A DNA stretch of 14,799 nucleotides from Shewanellaceae bacterium UBA2521 (lineage in GTDB: Bacteria > Pseudomonadota > Gammaproteobacteria > Enterobacterales > Shewanellaceae): the NCBI GenBank assembly GCA_002341165.1, contig DDNL01000009.1, forward strand, positions 4,370-19,168, given 5' to 3'. The notes beneath the pieces are model-generated. The model saw only the letters and a list, made by a program, of their open reading frames with translations. It did not search any database and was not told the DNA's origin. This document shows positions 12,002 through 14,799 of this stretch, piece by piece. Made by a program: the position numbers and the translations under genes. Positions within the stretch are counted from its first letter, which is position 1. The number at the start of each line of letters is the position of its first letter.

Positions 12002-14365
12002 ATGTTAAATACTAAGAATTATATATATTTTATTTTTCTTTTTATATTAGGCTGTGCAGACAGTTCTGAATTTAATATTATTGAAGAAATGCAAGGACAA
12101 CCTGCTCAAGGAGGACAACCTGATCAAGGAGGACAACCTGATCAAGGAGGACAACCTGACCAAGGTGGACAACCTGATCAAGGAGGACAACCTGACCAAG
12201 GTGGACAACCTGACCAAGGAGGACAACCTGACCAAGGAGGACAACCTGACCAAGGAGGACAACCTGACCAAGGAGGGCAACCTGACCAAGGAGGGCAACC
12301 TGACCAAGGAGGGCAACCTGACCAAGGAGGAAGCAACTCGAACCCTCAAAAATTTATTTTTTTCAACCAAAACAATCTTGAAAGTGATACCACAGGAGCT
12401 TTAAGTGGTACCGTGCACTTTGCTCAAAGCACAATCATGCCATCTAAAAATAAAATAAAAGATGATATCCAACCGCACCTTGTTTCTCAGCGTAAAGCTT
12501 TAGTTCTATTTAAGTCTCCAGATTTAGCAGAAGATAAAAACTTAAAAATGAGTATCTATGATAAAAATAATACACTTATTTATCAAAGTAATATGAACCA
12601 TCCCTCGAAATTACCTGCTATTGAGGGGGAATCTATAGAACCTATTTCTTTCAAAAATTTTGAACCTAATCAAACTCTAAATCTCAATACTCAAGCCCAA
12701 TTAAATGATCTTAAAGAAGATCTTTCGGGACAAAGATTAAGCTATTTCTTTAATACATTTGACTTTATTCATGTTCAAACCCAAGATGGAATACATATCG
12801 ATGACTTTCATCTACCTCTTCTCGCTAAAGGTTCTGAAAAGCATATACGTTTTTCATCTAGAGCTGGCTATGATTCAACCATTTACTTTTCAGGCTTAAA
12901 AAGATCCCTTAAAACGAATTTTGTCTTCGATTTTAAGTTCCAGAATCAAACTTGGTACATGAAAAGTCATATGAATCGTATAAAATACGGTTATTTTTGG
13001 AGTGCCCCCTTACCTAAGCAACATGTAAAACCTGGTATAAGTATTCGATTTACGCAAAATGGAGAAAATGGTCTGCTCAGTGCTCATGACATCAAAGTAG
13101 GTCCTGAAATCGAGTTACTTTTACACACCATTGACTTAGGGTTTCTGACTCCTTATCGAGATGAGTTTGACTTTCAAAAAAAAGATAAAAATCATATTGA
13201 GTATTATCAAACTATTCCCATAACAAAACTCATTGTGTCACGATATGAACCTCAACACTTTAAGACTGTAGGCTTACCCGATGGAACAGTCTACAACAGT
13301 AAAAGTGCAACCGACGGCGGTGTCTATACAGGTGATATGCGAAAAATTGGAAAAATTCTTATATCACATGGTATTAATTTAGCTAATTATGGTCTGACTT
13401 CATCTCATCCAACGAGTGAAAGTCCGCACAAATATATGGCTAATCAGATTACAATTCATAACTCTCAAGGTATCTATACAGATAAAGACTCAAAAGCATC
13501 AAAAAAAGTGATTCATGGCTTATCTGGAGGCAATGGTATGCTTACCTTGTCCGATTCTGAAGGTAATGAATTCAGTCATGAAATGGGGCATGCACTAAGT
13601 TTAGGACATTACCCAGGTGGCTTTGAAAGAAGTGTGCATCGCCCAGCACATATGATCAACTCAACTTGGGGGTGGGATAGTGTTCGTAATGAATTTACAC
13701 CTAATTTCGAGCATTATCCTACGAATAAACCTACCAAATATGATGGAGGCGCGAAAGATAAAGATAAAGGGAAGACTGTACAGCCTTTTCATGGACATAG
13801 TTTTGGCAAAGACTCTATGGGAGATGGAAGTCCACTCTATTCGAATCATTACACTTTATTTACTCCCTATACCATGAATAAAATGCAAAAATTTTTGGAG
13901 CGAACACCTCGCTTTGATAAGAATTCATCCACGGGCTTTTCTGTATGGGATGCTAATAAACAGGAATATAGAGAGGCTGCTAATAACGTATCTTCTTCAC
14001 GTAGAAAAGACTTCGGTGTACCTGTAGTCACTTTAGTGGGATATTATGATCCAACTAATACCATTAAATCCTTTGCCTATCCTGCTTTATACGGTAGCTA
14101 TGGTCATACTTATTATAGCTTCCCTAAATGGTTCAATAGCAAATGTCAGCTCACCGTCAAAAACGCTCGTAGAAAAAAAGTAACATTCTTCTTAAATGAC
14201 CGTGTCATTTTAAGAAAAAATATGAATAAATATCATGTCAATATTGCGCAATCATTTAAACCTACGAGTTACGATATAAAATGTCATGGTAAATTTGTTT
14301 TGCCTTCGTTTGCTATTAAACCTAAGAAATTTAATTTAAAAACCCATATTGTAGAAAGCCCTTAA
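12002..14365 (+). CDS. M66-family zinc metalloprotease lipoprotein (StcE/TagA-like mucinase family), 787 aa
   Basis: Lipoprotein signal MLNTKNYIYFIFLFILG-C (lipobox ILGC). The motif NEFSHEMGHALSLGHYPGGFERSVHRPAHMINSTWGWD parallels StcE NEFSHELGHNYGLGHYVDGFKGSVHRSAENNNSTWGWD (HExxHxxxGH). Further StcE-like blocks are SSTGFS.W, FGVPVVTLVGYYDP, YPALYGSYG, CQLTV and MNKYHVNI. Confidence 0.85.
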   Translation: MLNTKNYIYFIFLFILGCADSSEFNIIEEMQGQPAQGGQPDQGGQPDQGGQPDQGGQPDQGGQPDQGGQPDQGGQPDQGGQPDQGGQPDQGGQPDQGGQPDQGGQPDQGGSNSNPQKFIFFNQNNLESDTTGALSGTVHFAQSTIMPSKNKIKDDIQPHLVSQRKALVLFKSPDLAEDKNLKMSIYDKNNTLIYQSNMNHPSKLPAIEGESIEPISFKNFEPNQTLNLNTQAQLNDLKEDLSGQRLSYFFNTFDFIHVQTQDGIHIDDFHLPLLAKGSEKHIRFSSRAGYDSTIYFSGLKRSLKTNFVFDFKFQNQTWYMKSHMNRIKYGYFWSAPLPKQHVKPGISIRFTQNGENGLLSAHDIKVGPEIELLLHTIDLGFLTPYRDEFDFQKKDKNHIEYYQTIPITKLIVSRYEPQHFKTVGLPDGTVYNSKSATDGGVYTGDMRKIGKILISHGINLANYGLTSSHPTSESPHKYMANQITIHNSQGIYTDKDSKASKKVIHGLSGGNGMLTLSDSEGNEFSHEMGHALSLGHYPGGFERSVHRPAHMINSTWGWDSVRNEFTPNFEHYPTNKPTKYDGGAKDKDKGKTVQPFHGHSFGKDSMGDGSPLYSNHYTLFTPYTMNKMQKFLERTPRFDKNSSTGFSVWDANKQEYREAANNVSSSRRKDFGVPVVTLVGYYDPTNTIKSFAYPALYGSYGHTYYSFPKWFNSKCQLTVKNARRKKVTFFLNDRVILRKNMNKYHVNIAQSFKPTSYDIKCHGKFVLPSFAIKPKKFNLKTHIVESP
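12092..12331 (+). repeat. 18-bp in-frame tandem repeat encoding QGQPAQ-(GGQPDQ)x12-GG
   Basis: Twelve full units lie between 12110 and 12325, at an exact 18-nt period. They differ only at synonymous positions (GAT/GAC, GGA/GGT/GGG), with variants clustered along the array. The array produces two long shadow ORFs in the track. Confidence 0.95.
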
Positions 14366-14482
14366 CCTTTGTTTTTATATCTGTTCTAAATAGGTTTTGC
14401 ATGGCGCATAAAAACTGTTTTGCCTGCACCGCGAACGCCCGAGATAAAAATTGTTTCATGCAAAAAAACAAAAGGAAAAAAA

Positions 14483-14556
14483 CAAGACATCCACCTCAGT
14501 GAAATTGATTTAGGTTTGAGCCGTGGAACCTTTTCATTAGGATATTAGGTGGGTAT
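14483..14556. repeat. Dispersed hairpin-repeat family, site c
   Basis: CAAGACATCCACCTCAGTGAAATTGATTTAGGTTTGAGCCG aligns with site b 5159-5196. The left arm ACATCCACCT (14487-14496) pairs with AGGTGGGTAT (14547-14556): 8 Watson-Crick pairs, 1 T-G wobble at the same position as in site b, and 1 mismatch. Confidence 0.55.
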
Positions 14557-14607
14557 ACATGTGTATCTAAAATTAATGTAAAATAAAATATTAATAATCT
14601 TTAAAAT

Positions 14608-14644
14608 ATATTTTTTTATATTTTTTTTATATTTTTTTTATATA
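14608..14644 (+). repeat. Helically phased T-tracts (ATA-T7, ATA-T8, ATA-T8; 10-11 bp period)
   Basis: ATATTTTTTT ATATTTTTTTT ATATTTTTTTT ATATA lies directly upstream of the last gene. The period is close to one helical turn, the classic arrangement for intrinsically curved DNA. Confidence 0.8.
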
Positions 14645-14715
14645 TTTGTTTGAATCTAAAATATAAAAAATTAAAAAAAGAATATAATAATGATAAAAAA
14701 ACAAAGTTAGGTTTG

Positions 14716-14799
14716 ATGATTGGCGCTTTATTTTGTTCAAGTTTAACTTATGCTCAAGCAGAGCATAAAGCACCAAAGTTATCTGATGTGCTTGAATCT
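14716..14799 (+). CDS. Secreted protein of unknown function, 5' fragment (continues past window end); start uncertain
   Basis: The open frame reads (KKTKLGL)MIGALFCSSLTYAQA/EHKAPKLSDVLES, a Sec-type h-region with an AQA cleavage motif. In-frame starts are ATG 14716 or TTG 14713, neither with an n-region. The better-placed ATG 14690 is out of frame across an A7 run. Confidence 0.45.
   Translation, partial: MIGALFCSSLTYAQAEHKAPKLSDVLES

Noticed and set aside
12047-12404. 107-aa minus-strand and 116-aa plus-strand ORFs with SLVRL/EDNLTK repeats
   Set aside because: They are other-frame readings of the 18-bp tandem repeat inside the M66 gene.
13661-13877. 62-aa minus-strand and 65-aa plus-strand ORFs
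   Set aside because: They are embedded in the conserved StcE-like catalytic region of the M66 gene.
14395-14466. 9-bp inverted repeat TTTTGCATG / CATGCAAAA flanking a locally GC-rich patch (GCCTGCACCGCGAACGCCCGAG) after the M66 stop
   Set aside because: The arms are ~55 nt apart, with no convincing internal pairing or U-tract. It may be part of the M66 3'UTR or terminator region, but I cannot support a specific call.
1-14799. tRNA, rRNA or other classical RNA genes
   Set aside because: No cloverleaf-compatible segment or rRNA-like conserved stretch was recognised by eye in the intergenic regions. The only structured candidates are the dispersed hairpin repeats reported above.

Overview
AT-rich, probably gammaproteobacterial accessory-type DNA with four blocks. 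(1) 1-4553 is a Fur-box-controlled heme uptake and utilisation locus. It has hmuU (partial) and hmuT on the minus strand, then divergent hutZ and a TonB-dependent receptor carrying an unusual 49-aa His-rich insertion. (2) 4560-5340 is a gene-poor spacer. It holds copies of a hairpin-forming dispersed repeat, a long T-rich tract, and an unannotated 55-aa ORF with a textbook double-glycine (bacteriocin/microcin-type) leader. (3) 5363-11878 is the most interesting part. A decayed IS3-family element (nested into a second copy) and a decayed IS6/IS26-like element bracket a tightly coupled five-gene operon (6588-11274). The operon encodes a putative outer-membrane protein, a periplasmic TPR protein, a single polypeptide joining a FliF-like ring-building motif, one TM helix and FliG middle/C-terminal-like domains, and a flagellar-type MotA/MotB-like stator pair. 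No other flagellar, secretion or defence genes are present, so I read it as a candidate stand-alone, non-flagellar rotor-stator machine. (4) 12002-14365 encodes a StcE/TagA-like M66 zinc-metalloprotease lipoprotein with an N-terminal (GGQPDQ)x12 linker made of 18-bp tandem repeats. It is followed by another copy of the dispersed repeat, helically phased T-tracts, and a truncated secreted-protein gene whose best start codon is out of frame across an A7 run. All homology statements come from reading translations and recalling family motifs. No database search was run.
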